Source of the DNA: an uncultured Lachnospiraceae bacterium
Lineage (GTDB): Bacteria > Bacillota > Clostridia > Christensenellales > UBA1242
Length of the DNA: 39,328 nt
Direction of reading: 5' to 3'
Assembly: GCA_964403245.1 (NCBI GenBank)
Contig: CAYOEW010000004.1
Span: forward strand, 1 to 39,328
Under the pieces are notes generated by a model that made no database searches, was not told the origin of the DNA, and saw only the letters and a list, made by a program, of their open reading frames with translations. This document shows positions 16,773-26,436 of this stretch, in pieces (position 1 is the first letter of the stretch; each line of letters opens with the position of its first letter). The translations under genes were made by a program, and so were the position numbers.

Positions 16773-17138
16773 ATGTCCACAAGAATGGAAAGAGCAAACA
16801 GCGAAATTTTGAGATGTTTGACTGAAATTATCCAAACAAAAATGAACGACCCAAGGCTTCAAAAAATTGTAAGCATCACCGAAGTGAATGTCACTCCGGA
16901 TTTTAAGTATTGTAAGGCGAAAGTCAGCGTTTTGGACCTTGGCGACATCACAAATGTGACAAAAGTTTTGCAAAAAAGTGAAGGATACATCAAAAGGGAA
17001 CTCGCACGCATGGTTGATATGCCACAAGTTCCAAAAATCAACTTTGTTGTCGACAAAAGCACGATGAGTGCAATTCGCGTTGAGGAAATTTTGCGTTCGC
17101 TTAACATTCCAAAGGAGGAAGATGATGTTGACGAATAA
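16773..17138 (+). CDS. rbfA: Ribosome-binding factor A
   Basis: ATG at 16773 follows AAAGGAGAGA. Contains RMERANSEILRCLTEII...VSITEVNVTPD and lies after infB. Confidence 0.88.
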   Translation: MSTRMERANSEILRCLTEIIQTKMNDPRLQKIVSITEVNVTPDFKYCKAKVSVLDLGDITNVTKVLQKSEGYIKRELARMVDMPQVPKINFVVDKSTMSAIRVEEILRSLNIPKEEDDVDE

Positions 17139-18096
17139 GCAGGTTGTTGAGAAAATTAAATCTGCAAAAAATGTCGCAATTTTTGGGCATAAAAATCCAG
17201 ACCCGGACGCCTATGGTTCAATGTTTGGGATGAGAGATGTTTGCCGTCATTTTGGCGTAAAAGCCGAAGTTTTTGCTGTGAAAAATCCAAAGGGATATCT
17301 CGATGAGATTTTTCCATTGCGGGAATTGAATGTAAATTTTTCTCATGAAAATTTTGACCTTGTGATTTTTGTTGACCAACATCAAATCAGCAGAACAGAT
17401 GAAATTTTTCAAGAAGAACTCAAAAAATCTTCAAATATTTTGATTGTTGATCATCATCAAATTGTTCCAGACGATGATGTTGCAAGCGATGAGTTTTTGA
17501 TTACATCTGAAAAGTCCGCTGCATCCGAGATTTTGACACAAATCATCCGAGATTGTGAAATCAAAATTGATGAAAAGACAGCAACATATCTTTGGGCGGG
17601 AATAATTGGTGATACTGGCAGATTTTTGCATAGTTCACTGAATGCGAGCGTTCTTGAAAATGCCAAATTCTTGCTTGAAAATGGCGCAAATGCACAATTT
17701 GTCTATGACAATATGTATCGCAGAAATTCTTTCAAACAATTCAAATTGCATGGGCAATACATAAAAAAGACAAAACTTGTTTGCAACGGTCAGGGTGGAT
17801 ATGTGATTTTCAGACGTCGCGATTTCAAGAAAATGAAAATGGACAGAGAAGATGTGAAAAAATACACCCAAGAAATTGTAAATTTGGAAGGTGTGAAAGT
17901 GTCCGCACTTGTGATTGAATATGGCAAAAACGATTTCAAGTTCAGCATCAGAAGTAATGGCGTGAGTTCACTTCCCGTTGTCACACATCATGGTGGCGGT
18001 GGTCACGAAAATGCTTGCGGAATGGAAAAACGAATTTCTGGACTTAAAATTGAACATTTTACAAAAAAATTGATTAAGGAAATTTTGAATGGTTGA
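17122..18096 (+). CDS. nrnA: DHH/DHHA1 phosphoesterase (NrnA-like oligoribonuclease/pAp phosphatase)
   Basis: Motifs GHKNPDPDAYGS, IVDHHQ and HGGGGHENACG. The ATG at 17122 follows AAGGAGGAAG and overlaps the rbfA end by 17 nt. Confidence 0.82.
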   Translation: MMLTNKQVVEKIKSAKNVAIFGHKNPDPDAYGSMFGMRDVCRHFGVKAEVFAVKNPKGYLDEIFPLRELNVNFSHENFDLVIFVDQHQISRTDEIFQEELKKSSNILIVDHHQIVPDDDVASDEFLITSEKSAASEILTQIIRDCEIKIDEKTATYLWAGIIGDTGRFLHSSLNASVLENAKFLLENGANAQFVYDNMYRRNSFKQFKLHGQYIKKTKLVCNGQGGYVIFRRRDFKKMKMDREDVKKYTQEIVNLEGVKVSALVIEYGKNDFKFSIRSNGVSSLPVVTHHGGGGHENACGMEKRISGLKIEHFTKKLIKEILNG

Positions 18097-18937
18097 GAAT
18101 GGAATTCTTCTTGTAAACAAACCGACTGGAATCTCCTCAAACAAGGTCGTAAACATCGTAAAACACCAATTGGGAGCAAAAAAATGCGGACATTTGGGCA
18201 CACTTGACCTTGAAGGGGCTGGTCTTTTGCCGGTTACAGTCGGGAAGGCAACCAAACTTTTTGACTTCTTTTTGAACAAGGACAAAACATATGAAACTGT
18301 GTTTGTTTTTGGATTTGAAACTGACACTCTGGACACATCCGGACAAGTGATTAAAGAAAAAGAATGTGACATTTCAAGGGGCGATGTTGAGATTGCAATC
18401 AAGCAAATGATTGGAAAACAAAATCAGATGCCACCACAATATTCAGCAAAAAAAGTTGGTGGAAAAATTGCATATAAAGAAGCGAGAAAGGGGAATGAAA
18501 TTGAACTTCATCCGAAGGAAATTGAAATTTTTGATTTCAAACTTTTGGACTGTCTTGGCAAGAACACATTCAAGTTTTCAATCTCATGTTCAAGCGGGAC
18601 ATACATTCGAAGCGTATGCAGGGATTTGGCTTATAAACTCTCGACATATGGTAGTATGCAATGCATACTACGCACAAGATGTGGTGGTTTCTTTTTGAAG
18701 GATGCATTCACTCTTGAGGAAGTAAAAAGTGGAAATTTCAACCTTATTCCAATGCAAAATGTGTTTGATTTTGATGATCTTTTTCTTTCTCAAACGCAGG
18801 CTGAAAAACTTTTGAATGGTCAAAAAATCAATTTTGAAAAAGAAGATGGAAAATACAAAATTTTCTTTGAAAACAAGTTTTTTGGATTGGGTGAAATTGA
18901 AAACAATGTTTTGCAATTTTCGTTGAGATTGATTTAA
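18089..18937 (+). CDS. truB: tRNA pseudouridine-55 synthase
   Basis: Contains GILLVNKPTGISS...KCGHLGTLD (catalytic Asp) and GTYIRS. Conserved rbfA-truB context. Confidence 0.93.
   Translation: MVENGILLVNKPTGISSNKVVNIVKHQLGAKKCGHLGTLDLEGAGLLPVTVGKATKLFDFFLNKDKTYETVFVFGFETDTLDTSGQVIKEKECDISRGDVEIAIKQMIGKQNQMPPQYSAKKVGGKIAYKEARKGNEIELHPKEIEIFDFKLLDCLGKNTFKFSISCSSGTYIRSVCRDLAYKLSTYGSMQCILRTRCGGFFLKDAFTLEEVKSGNFNLIPMQNVFDFDDLFLSQTQAEKLLNGQKINFEKEDGKYKIFFENKFFGLGEIENNVLQFSLRLI
18651..18671. repeat. Perfect 21-nt palindrome inside the truB coding sequence (member of the TATGCAATGCATA motif family)
   Basis: GTAGTATGCA-A-TGCATACTAC. It encodes YGSMQCILRT in frame. Confidence 0.8.
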
Positions 18938-18953
18938 AAAAAGGAGAGAAAAA

Positions 18954-19820
18954 ATGGCGAATGTTTTGTTTGGCCCATCAGGAAACAGTCAATCATTTTA
19001 TGATGAAGGACACGTTGGAACAATTGAAAGTGCAAAGTGGTTGAAAGACCGTGGTCTTGACCTGTTTGAATACAGTTTTGGACGTGGATATCGCTTGAAA
19101 AGTGAAAAGGCGCAAGAACTTGGAAGAGAATTTGCCAAATTTGGCATTGAAGTTTCATTGCATGCGCCGTATTTCATCAATTTTGCAAATCCGGACGAAG
19201 AAATGTATCAAAAATCGCTTGGATACATTGAAACGGGCATCAAATTCATGAAAAATTTTGGTGCAAATCGCCTTGTTTTTCATCCCGGTTCATGTGGAAA
19301 ACAAACAAGAGAAGAAGCACTCAAACTTATGGAAAGGCGTTTTCAAGAATTTATGCCAAAGTTTGAGAGTGAACTTCCAGAAAATATGTATATTTGTCCA
19401 GAAACAATGGGGAAAAGCATGCAAATTGGGACGTGGAAAGAAATTATTGACCTTTGCACAATTTCGGACAAGTTGATGCCAACATTTGATTTTGGTCATA
19501 TCAATGCTCTCACACAAGGGACTCTTAAAAGCGCAGAAGATTTTCAAAAAATTTTCGACTATTGTCTTGAGAAACTTGGACTTCAACGCACACAAAATGC
19601 GCATATTCATTTTTCAAAGATTGAATATGGTGCAAAGGGAGAAATTAAGCATCTGACTTTTGACGATTTGATTTATGGTCCAAATTTTGAACCTTTGGCA
19701 GAAGTTTTGCAGAAAAACAACATGAAATGCCATGTTATTTGCGAAAGTGACGGGACGCAGGCGGAAGATTCAAAGACGATGAAGGATATGTATTTTGCGT
19801 GCAAACAACAAAATTCGTAA
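18954..19820 (+). CDS. AP-endonuclease family 2 / xylose-isomerase-like TIM-barrel protein (Nfo-like)
   Basis: Pattern LHAPYFINFANPD...ANRLVFHPGS...PETMGK...FDFGHINA matches the metal-ligand layout of the endonuclease IV superfamily. The exact subfamily is uncertain. Confidence 0.6.
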   Translation: MANVLFGPSGNSQSFYDEGHVGTIESAKWLKDRGLDLFEYSFGRGYRLKSEKAQELGREFAKFGIEVSLHAPYFINFANPDEEMYQKSLGYIETGIKFMKNFGANRLVFHPGSCGKQTREEALKLMERRFQEFMPKFESELPENMYICPETMGKSMQIGTWKEIIDLCTISDKLMPTFDFGHINALTQGTLKSAEDFQKIFDYCLEKLGLQRTQNAHIHFSKIEYGAKGEIKHLTFDDLIYGPNFEPLAEVLQKNNMKCHVICESDGTQAEDSKTMKDMYFACKQQNS

Positions 19821-19857
19821 AAAATCACAAATCATACACATTTTTTTGCGTAAACAC

Positions 19858-19887
19858 TTGCACTCGTGCAGTGAAATGTGATAAGAT
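19858..19887 (+). promoter_or_regulatory. efp promoter
   Basis: TTGCAC-18-TAAGAT with an extended -10 TG. Confidence 0.45.
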
Positions 19888-19916
19888 ACTATTGAAATAA
19901 ATTTATAGGAGATTTT

Positions 19917-20477
19917 ATGGTTACAGCAGGAGATTTCAGAAAAGGCACAACATTCGAAATGGACGGAAACGTGTATAACGTAATTGAGTTTTTGCACGTT
20001 AAACCGGGAAAAGGCTCACCATTTGTAAGAGCAAAAATCAAAAACGTTATGACAGGACAGGTTCAGGAAACAACTTTCAATCCGTCAGATAAATTCCAAG
20101 ATGCAGTCATTGAAAAGAAGGAAATGCTCTATCTTTACAACGATGGCGACCTTTATTATTTCATGGACAACGAAACATATGAACAGATGCCACTCAATCG
20201 TGAAACAGTTGCAGATGCTCTCAACTTTGTGACAGAAAACATGCCAACAACAATGTATATGTATAAGGGTGTTCCATTTGCGGTTTATCCACCAACATTT
20301 GTTGAACTTGAAGTGATTGACACAGAACCTGGAATTCAAGGGGACACTTCAAAAGCATCTCAAAAACCAGCAACTCTTTCAACAGGTTACACAATTCGTG
20401 TTCCACTTTTTGTTAACATTGGCGATATGATCAGAGTTGACACAAGAGATGGTTCATATTTGGAAAAAGTTAAATAA
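19917..20477 (+). CDS. efp: Elongation factor P
   Basis: 186 aa containing [21 protein letters not shown] (conserved modified-Lys loop). Promoter and terminator are present. Confidence 0.94.
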   Translation: MVTAGDFRKGTTFEMDGNVYNVIEFLHVKPGKGSPFVRAKIKNVMTGQVQETTFNPSDKFQDAVIEKKEMLYLYNDGDLYYFMDNETYEQMPLNRETVADALNFVTENMPTTMYMYKGVPFAVYPPTFVELEVIDTEPGIQGDTSKASQKPATLSTGYTIRVPLFVNIGDMIRVDTRDGSYLEKVK

Positions 20478-20483
20478 AAAATC

Positions 20484-20513
20484 AAAAAACCACCTTTTTG
20501 GTGGTCTTTTTTT
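20484..20513. terminator. Bidirectional terminator between efp and tdk
   Basis: A-run, then ACCACC-TTTTT-GGTGGT, then CT7. Confidence 0.7.
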
Positions 20514-20563
20514 GTCATTTTTCTGAAAAATCGATATTTTAAAACAAACTTGAAGAATTTTTT

Positions 20564-21154
20564 TTATTTCTTGTTTTTTGCATTTGCTCTTTCTTGTTCT
20601 TTTTTGAAGCATGAATAACAAAGCGAGCAATATTTTTCTTCCGCTCCAATGTCAACTTCCTTTCCAGTTGTGCAAATCATTCCGTTGACATATTTTGCGT
20701 TTATTGTGGCTTTTCGACCGCATGAGCATACGCATTTAATTTCACTCAAACTGTCACCAATCTCCACCAAACGCTTGCTTCCTTCAAAGAGTTCACTTTT
20801 GAAATTTGTCAGAAGCCCATAGCAAAGCACTGGAATTTTGTCTGCAAGAGTTCGGAGTTGTTCAACCTGCGTCTTTGTGCAAAATTGACACTCGTCCACG
20901 ATGATTACATCAATTTTTTGCACCGAGTTTTCTTTTTCAAAATATTCAACCAAATTTTCGTTTGAAGAAAATGAATGGCAGGGTGCAGAAAGACCAATTC
21001 TTGACACAACTTCATCTTTTGAAAAGCGGGTGTCAATTTTTGGTTTCATCAAGAGAACATTGAAACCTTTTTGGATGTAGTTGAACCTGCACATAAGCGC
21101 GGATGCCGTTTTTGATGAACCCATTGCGCCATATTTGAAATATAATTTTGCCAT
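20564..21154 (-). CDS. tdk: Thymidine kinase
   Basis: P-loop [17 protein letters not shown], and a C-terminal Zn-ribbon with Cys pairs (CVCSCGRKA...CSLCYSC). Confidence 0.92.
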   Translation of the reverse strand: MAKLYFKYGAMGSSKTASALMCRFNYIQKGFNVLLMKPKIDTRFSKDEVVSRIGLSAPCHSFSSNENLVEYFEKENSVQKIDVIIVDECQFCTKTQVEQLRTLADKIPVLCYGLLTNFKSELFEGSKRLVEIGDSLSEIKCVCSCGRKATINAKYVNGMICTTGKEVDIGAEEKYCSLCYSCFKKEQERANAKNKK

Positions 21155-21219
21155 ATCAAACCCCTTTGAGATATTGTAGCAAATTTGACCGAAAATTCAA
21201 AATAGTTTTCATATTTTAT

Positions 21220-21248
21220 TTGCACGAGCGTGACAAATATTGTATAAT
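21220..21248 (+). promoter_or_regulatory. lepA promoter
   Basis: TTGCAC-17-TATAAT, 7-12 nt upstream of the AGGAGA SD. Confidence 0.55.
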
Positions 21249-21267
21249 GCAAATAGGAGATTTTTAC

Positions 21268-23076
21268 TTGAAAGATTTAAGCCGTATCAGAAATTTTTGT
21301 ATTATTGCACATATCGACCATGGAAAAAGCACACTTGCCGACAGATTGATTGAACTGACTGGCACTGTTTCAAAACGCGACATGCAAAATCAACTTTTGG
21401 ACAGCATGGAACTTGAACGCGAAAAGGGTATCACAATCAAACTTGCTCCAACGCGTCTTGTTTATGAGCATGAAGGGAAGGAATACACTCTCAATTTGAT
21501 TGACACGCCGGGGCATGTCGATTTCACATATGAAGTTTCGCGCTCGCTTGCTGCATGTGAGGGAGCACTGCTTCTTGTGGATGCATCGCAGGGGGTTGAG
21601 GCACAAACTTTGGCAAACACATATCTTGCCCTTGACAACGACCTTATGACCGTTCCTGTCATTAACAAAATTGACCTTCCATCAGCGCGAGTTGATGAAG
21701 TTAAGGAAGAAATTGAGGAAAGTCTTGGACTTGATGCTCAAAATTGCCCATGCATTTCCGCAAAAGACGGAATCAACATTGACCAAGTTTTGCGCGCAAT
21801 TGTTGAAGAAATTCCTGCGCCAGTTGGAGATGAAACAAAACCACTTAAATGTTTGATTTTTGACAGTCACTATGACAATTTCAAGGGCGCAATTTGTCTT
21901 GTTCGTGTTTTTGATGGAAGTGTGAAGGCGGGTGACAAAATTTTGTTTATGCAAACCGGAAAGGTTTTCGATGTCACCGAAGTCGGAATTTTTGTTCCAA
22001 CAACAAAAGCGACAGATTGTCTTTCTGCGGGAGATGTTGGATATATCGCTGCATCAATCAAGACGATTGCAGATGTTAAGGTTGGCGACACAATCACTGA
22101 TGCGAACAATCCAATTGAAACGGCACTTTCGGGTTACAAAGAAGTTCAGCCGGTTGTTTTTTGTGGAATTTTCCCTGTTGATGGGGCAAAATATAACGAG
22201 TTGAAAGATAGTTTGGAAAAACTCAAACTCAATGACGCAAGTCTTCAATTTATGCCTGAAAACTCATCCGCGCTTGGATTTGGCTTCCGTTGTGGTTTTT
22301 TGGGACTTTTACATTTGGAAATCATCACTGAAAGGTTGGAAAGAGAATTTGACCTTGACATCATCACAACCGCACCAAGTGTGTCTTATCATGTTTTCAA
22401 AACGAATGGCGAGATGATTGAAGTTTCAAATCCGTCAAACCTGCCATCTGCTGTGGAAATTGAGAGAATTGAAGAACCGATTGTGAAGGTGAGTGTGTTC
22501 ACTCCGCCGGAATATGTCGGCACAATCATGGAACTTTGTCAGGATAAACGCGGAATTTTCAAGGATATGCAATATCTGGACAAAAAACGCGTTGAGATGA
22601 AATATATTCTTCCGCTTGGCGAGATTATTTATGACTTTTTTGACAGTTTGAAGTCGAGAACGCGTGGATACGCAAGTTTTGACTATGAACTTGCCGGATT
22701 TGAACCCGCTGACCTTGTGAAAGTGGATTTGCTTTTGAACAGCGAGAAATGTGATGCTTTGTCGCTTATTGTTCACAAGGATAAGGCATACACGCGCGGT
22801 CGCGATTTGGCAGAAAGATTGAAAAAAATCATCCCGCGTCAACTTTTTGAAGTGCCAATTCAGGCATGTATTGGAAATAAAATCATCGCCAGAGAAACTA
22901 TTTCTGCCATGAGAAAAGACGTTCTTGCGAAGTGCTATGGCGGAGATATTTCGCGTAAGAGAAAACTTCTTGAAAAACAAAAAGAAGGGAAGAAGAGAAT
23001 GCGTAAAGTTGGGTCGGTGGAAATTCCGTCTGAAGCCTTTATGAGCATTTTGAAGTTGGACAGCGACAATGAATGA
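21268..23076 (+). CDS. lepA: Translation elongation factor 4 (LepA)
   Basis: Motifs [23 protein letters not shown] and NKIDL, plus the LepA C-terminal region. I place the start at the TTG at 21268 after AGGAGA. The ORF-track upstream ATGs lie inside or upstream of the TTGCAC-17-TATAAT promoter. Confidence 0.9.
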   Translation: MKDLSRIRNFCIIAHIDHGKSTLADRLIELTGTVSKRDMQNQLLDSMELEREKGITIKLAPTRLVYEHEGKEYTLNLIDTPGHVDFTYEVSRSLAACEGALLLVDASQGVEAQTLANTYLALDNDLMTVPVINKIDLPSARVDEVKEEIEESLGLDAQNCPCISAKDGINIDQVLRAIVEEIPAPVGDETKPLKCLIFDSHYDNFKGAICLVRVFDGSVKAGDKILFMQTGKVFDVTEVGIFVPTTKATDCLSAGDVGYIAASIKTIADVKVGDTITDANNPIETALSGYKEVQPVVFCGIFPVDGAKYNELKDSLEKLKLNDASLQFMPENSSALGFGFRCGFLGLLHLEIITERLEREFDLDIITTAPSVSYHVFKTNGEMIEVSNPSNLPSAVEIERIEEPIVKVSVFTPPEYVGTIMELCQDKRGIFKDMQYLDKKRVEMKYILPLGEIIYDFFDSLKSRTRGYASFDYELAGFEPADLVKVDLLLNSEKCDALSLIVHKDKAYTRGRDLAERLKKIIPRQLFEVPIQACIGNKIIARETISAMRKDVLAKCYGGDISRKRKLLEKQKEGKKRMRKVGSVEIPSEAFMSILKLDSDNE

Positions 23077-24157
23077 CATAAGTTTGTATGTTCACATCCC
23101 ATTTTGCCAAAGAAAGTGCAATTATTGTGCTTTTGTGTCTTTCTGCGCGAACAACCAAACAATTGACAGATATGTTGAGATTTTGTGCGAAGAAATTGAG
23201 CGAAGAAAGGTCAAAAATCCGGTTAAAACAATCTATTTTGGTGGCGGGACTCCGTCAATTTTGTCGAATGAACAACTCAAAAAAATTGTTGATTGCATTT
23301 TCAAGAATTTCAATGTCAGAGAATATGCTGAATTTACAATTGAGGCAAACCCAAACAGTTTAACCGAAGAAAAATTGGAATTTTATCAAAAAATTCGAAT
23401 AAATCGAATAAGCATTGGAGTGCAGTCTCTTTCTGATAAGAGTCTGAAAAAAATCGGGCGTCTTCACACAAAAAAAGAGGCAATTGAGAAGATTAAACTT
23501 GCAAAAAAACACTTTAACAACATTTCGGCTGACCTTATTGTTGGACTTGAAAACGAAAATGGCAAGGATTTGTGTCGTTATGCAAAAAATCTGCTCTCTT
23601 TGGGTGTGAAGCATGTTTCGTGCTATCTTCTTGAAGTATATCAAAACACGAAACTGGGCGATATGGTCGCAAAAAAAGAGTATTTTCCGCAATCTGATGA
23701 GCAAACTGTGGCATCGTTTAACAAACTTGCAAACTATCTTCAAGATGCCGGCATGGAAAGATATGAAATCAGCAATTTTGCATTTCCGGGGTTTGAAAGC
23801 GACCACAATCTCAACTATTGGACGCGTGGGGAATATTTGGGCTTTGGTGTGAGCGCTCACTCGTTTTTTGAAGGGAAACGAACAAAAAATGCAGACACTT
23901 TTGAAAATTTTCAACAGCAAAAAGTTGAAACGGAAATTTTGTCCGAGAAGGAAGAAATTGAAGAAAAAATTATGTTGGGTTTGAGATGTAATTTGGGTGT
24001 TGAATTGGAAAAATTAAAACCATATGACATCAAAAAAAATCCATATTTTGAGGAATATTTGTCGCAGGGGATAATTGAAGAGTGCGATGGAAGAATTTTC
24101 CTGAAACCGATTTATTATCACATAAGCAACACAATAATTTCAAACCTTATGCCATAA
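23069..24157 (+). CDS. hemW: Radical-SAM heme chaperone HemW / HemN-like
   Basis: Contains [14 protein letters not shown] (CxxxCxxC) and GGGTPS. The lepA-hemW pairing is conserved, with an 8-nt overlap here. Confidence 0.88.
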   Translation: MNDISLYVHIPFCQRKCNYCAFVSFCANNQTIDRYVEILCEEIERRKVKNPVKTIYFGGGTPSILSNEQLKKIVDCIFKNFNVREYAEFTIEANPNSLTEEKLEFYQKIRINRISIGVQSLSDKSLKKIGRLHTKKEAIEKIKLAKKHFNNISADLIVGLENENGKDLCRYAKNLLSLGVKHVSCYLLEVYQNTKLGDMVAKKEYFPQSDEQTVASFNKLANYLQDAGMERYEISNFAFPGFESDHNLNYWTRGEYLGFGVSAHSFFEGKRTKNADTFENFQQQKVETEILSEKEEIEEKIMLGLRCNLGVELEKLKPYDIKKNPYFEEYLSQGIIEECDGRIFLKPIYYHISNTIISNLMP

Positions 24158-24185
24158 AAAAAGACTGAAAATTCAGTCTTTTTTG
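24156..24185. terminator. Bidirectional terminator shared by hemW and the WG-repeat/microprotein operon
   Basis: A6, then AAGACTGAA/TTCAGTCTT, then T6. Confidence 0.75.
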
Positions 24186-24305
24186 TTATTTTGTCTTGTC
24201 TTTTTTGATTGGTTGTTTGGAATCTTTTGTTGGATTGGAATTGATTTCTTTCTTTATTTTGTCAAATTCCGTATTGATGTATTTTTCAAGGTCTTCGCGT
24301 GTCAT
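24186..24305 (-). CDS. 39-aa charged microprotein, translationally coupled to the WG-repeat gene
   Basis: Not in the ORF track. The ATG at 24305 lies 3 nt after the upstream stop, with GGGAGGT 9 nt upstream. It reads MTREDLEKYINTEFDKIKKEINSNPTKDSKQPIKKDKTK*. The bidirectional terminator follows directly. Confidence 0.4.
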   Translation of the reverse strand: MTREDLEKYINTEFDKIKKEINSNPTKDSKQPIKKDKTK

Positions 24306-24308
24306 ATT

Positions 24309-25904
24309 TTAGTTACCTCCCATTGTGTGTTCGTTGTCCGAGTTGTTTGTTTTTCTTTCATCCAAACTGTTTGTCAAACCGGACACAATTTCCTGGCGAC
24401 TGGTGTCGCGTAAGATGATTTCGGCTCTTTCTTTCTCACATTTTTTGCTTACCACACTGACAACTTCGTCAATGACGTCAGTTTTGTATGAAATCAAAAG
24501 TGCGCTGTCACATCCTTGTTCAGGAATGTTGTCGATGAGATTTTGTTTGACACAATCAATAAGTTCGTTGAGTTTTTTTGCATTTTCTTCTCTGAAGAAA
24601 TCTGTTGGAAGATTTTCAAAATCATAAGGGGATTGGAGCAAGACTTCTTTCCAATCAATCTCTTCATTTGGGCGTCTGTTGTGTGGATATGTGATTGTTA
24701 AAGTCTGGTTGTTCTCTGGATTGAGATATGTCCAATTGCCATTTTCCATTTGCACTCGAACCATTTTGTCATGTGTTTCGGCTGAAATTTCTCTGTAATT
24801 GCTTTCCAAGAATTTTCCTGTTTTTGTGTTGAAAAGTGTTTTTGTGTTGTCATCATTTTGAATAAGGGCAAATCCACTGCTTGTGATTGCATCAATATGA
24901 GCAAATCTTTCGTCCATGAATTTTTCATTTTTTGAGTCGAAGAATGTGTAACCTTTTTTGCCCGGGAATTGAACAACTGCGTATCCATTAACAAGTCGGC
25001 TGACGCTTTGAATTCTTTCTTTTCTTTTAATTCCCAAAAATCCTTTGTGAGTTGGCAATTCGCAAAGGGTGTTTGTTACAGGATTGAAGAAGGTTGCTCC
25101 ATGTCTTGTTTGAACAAGTGCCCATTCTCCATTCAATTCGTCTGCGCTTTCAAATTGATATTCGCGAATTTGTTTTGTGACTGGGTTGAAATATGAATAT
25201 TGTCCATTTTCAAGTCTGACAATACCCCAAAAATGATTGAGAGAATTGCTGTGTTTATTTTGATTAAGGTTCTGGATTGCTCCAACAGGAGAAAAGTTGT
25301 TGCGAGTTTCGATGACTTCTCTTGTAAGTGGGTTGTAATATGTTCTCCCTGAATTTGTTTCAACAATTGCAAATCCATTTGAAACATCCTGTGCTGAAAT
25401 GAACTCTTCAGACAAAACTTGTTGTTTGTTTACATCAATATAACTCCAAGTTCCGTTTTCGTTTCTTACGCGTCCATATTCACCATGCACATCTGCAACA
25501 TCTGCAAAATCTCTTTCAAAAAGAGTGTTGTTGTTGATGTCAAAAAATGTTTTTCTTCCGTTTCCAAGGTCAATCACTGCAAAATCTTCAGAGATTGAGA
25601 TGATGTCATATTGTTTGAATGGATTGGAAAGAATTTTGCTTGATGTTCCATCACCATTCGCACGACTTTCAATTGTCCAGCCGTTTGCATCTGTTGTCAC
25701 ACCGTCTTTTTCGTTGTCAACTTTTTTTGTGCCTTGTTTTGACAGTGGGGTGGCACCAGGGATGATTTGGGTGTAATTTCTATTTCTGTCTTCATCGTCA
25801 ATTTCAACTACAGGTGGCACAGGTGGTGTGAATGTGCGAACATAAGTTCCCGCTCCAAGACCAGTTGTGTTTCTGCCTTTCTTTTTATCTTCTGATTTTG
25901 CCAT
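24309..25904 (-). CDS. WG-repeat-like (KWG-type) beta-repeat protein with a basic N-terminus and helical C-terminal region
   Basis: 531 aa from the ATG at 25904 (AGGAGG 6 nt upstream). There are about 6-7 repeats of the form NG.W.Y.[DN]..[TN].[KQ]..., for example NGTWSYIDVNKQQV, NGQYSYFNPVTKQI, GATFFNPVTNTL, KGYTFFDSKNEKF and NGNWTYLNPENNQTL. No signal peptide. Confidence 0.7.
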   Translation of the reverse strand: MAKSEDKKKGRNTTGLGAGTYVRTFTPPVPPVVEIDDEDRNRNYTQIIPGATPLSKQGTKKVDNEKDGVTTDANGWTIESRANGDGTSSKILSNPFKQYDIISISEDFAVIDLGNGRKTFFDINNNTLFERDFADVADVHGEYGRVRNENGTWSYIDVNKQQVLSEEFISAQDVSNGFAIVETNSGRTYYNPLTREVIETRNNFSPVGAIQNLNQNKHSNSLNHFWGIVRLENGQYSYFNPVTKQIREYQFESADELNGEWALVQTRHGATFFNPVTNTLCELPTHKGFLGIKRKERIQSVSRLVNGYAVVQFPGKKGYTFFDSKNEKFMDERFAHIDAITSSGFALIQNDDNTKTLFNTKTGKFLESNYREISAETHDKMVRVQMENGNWTYLNPENNQTLTITYPHNRRPNEEIDWKEVLLQSPYDFENLPTDFFREENAKKLNELIDCVKQNLIDNIPEQGCDSALLISYKTDVIDEVVSVVSKKCEKERAEIILRDTSRQEIVSGLTNSLDERKTNNSDNEHTMGGN

Positions 25905-25938
25905 AAACGTCCTCCTTGAAACATGTTTTATATTTTTT

Positions 25939-25967
25939 ATTATAAAATAATAAAGCGTTTTTGTCAA
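25939..25967 (-). promoter_or_regulatory. Consensus promoter of the WG-repeat gene
   Basis: The - strand reads TTGACA-17-TATAAT exactly. Confidence 0.6.
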
Positions 25968-26048
25968 GATATAAGTCTTATTTTCCCAAGCGCTTGAAGA
26001 ATTGATGTGATTTTCTTTTCAAACAAGCGAAAAATATCTTCAAAATGC

Positions 26049-26077
26049 TTGCAAATGAAAAATCTTTGTGTTATAAT
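26049..26077 (+). promoter_or_regulatory. ylxM-ffh operon promoter
   Basis: TTGCAA-17-TATAAT with an upstream TGT (extended -10). Confidence 0.55.
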
Positions 26078-26118
26078 GCATGTGTAAAGTGATTTGACTT
26101 GACACTTTTGGAGGACGA

Positions 26119-26436
26119 ATGTCAAAAACCAAACTTGCTGATTTTGTTTTGTATGGCAAACTCTTTGAAATCTATGGCGGACTTTTGAGTCAGGACAGAC
26201 AAAGCGTCATGAATGACTATTTCTTCTGCAACATGACTCTCACCGAGATTGCAAACGAACGCCATATTTCACGCCAAGCGGTTTCTGATTGTCTGGACAA
26301 GTCTTGCGAGAAATTGCAGGAATATGAAAAAGTGCTGGGTAACTTTGCAAAAACGCAAATGTTAAGGGTGGAACTTGAAGAATTGAAAGAAAATCCATCA
26401 ACATCAAAAGTCGAAGAAATTTTAAGGAAATTGTAG
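26119..26436 (+). CDS. ylxM: YlxM/UPF0122 HTH protein (SRP-operon associated)
   Basis: Sigma-70 region-4-like HTH (MTLTEIANERHISRQAVSDCL). Lies directly upstream of ffh. Confidence 0.85.
   Translation: MSKTKLADFVLYGKLFEIYGGLLSQDRQSVMNDYFFCNMTLTEIANERHISRQAVSDCLDKSCEKLQEYEKVLGNFAKTQMLRVELEELKENPSTSKVEEILRKL

Noticed and set aside
18651-18671. The palindrome in truB as an inserted mobile (MITE/REP) element
   Set aside because: The encoded segment (LSTYGSMQCILRTRCGGF) is collinear, residue for residue, with the LGxxAHxxxLRRTxxGxF region of other TruB proteins, so there is no insertion.
24183-24413. 76-aa + strand ORF
   Set aside because: It is Phe/Cys/Val-rich and begins inside the bidirectional terminator. 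The opposite strand carries the better-supported SD-coupled 39-aa ORF and the end of the WG-repeat gene.
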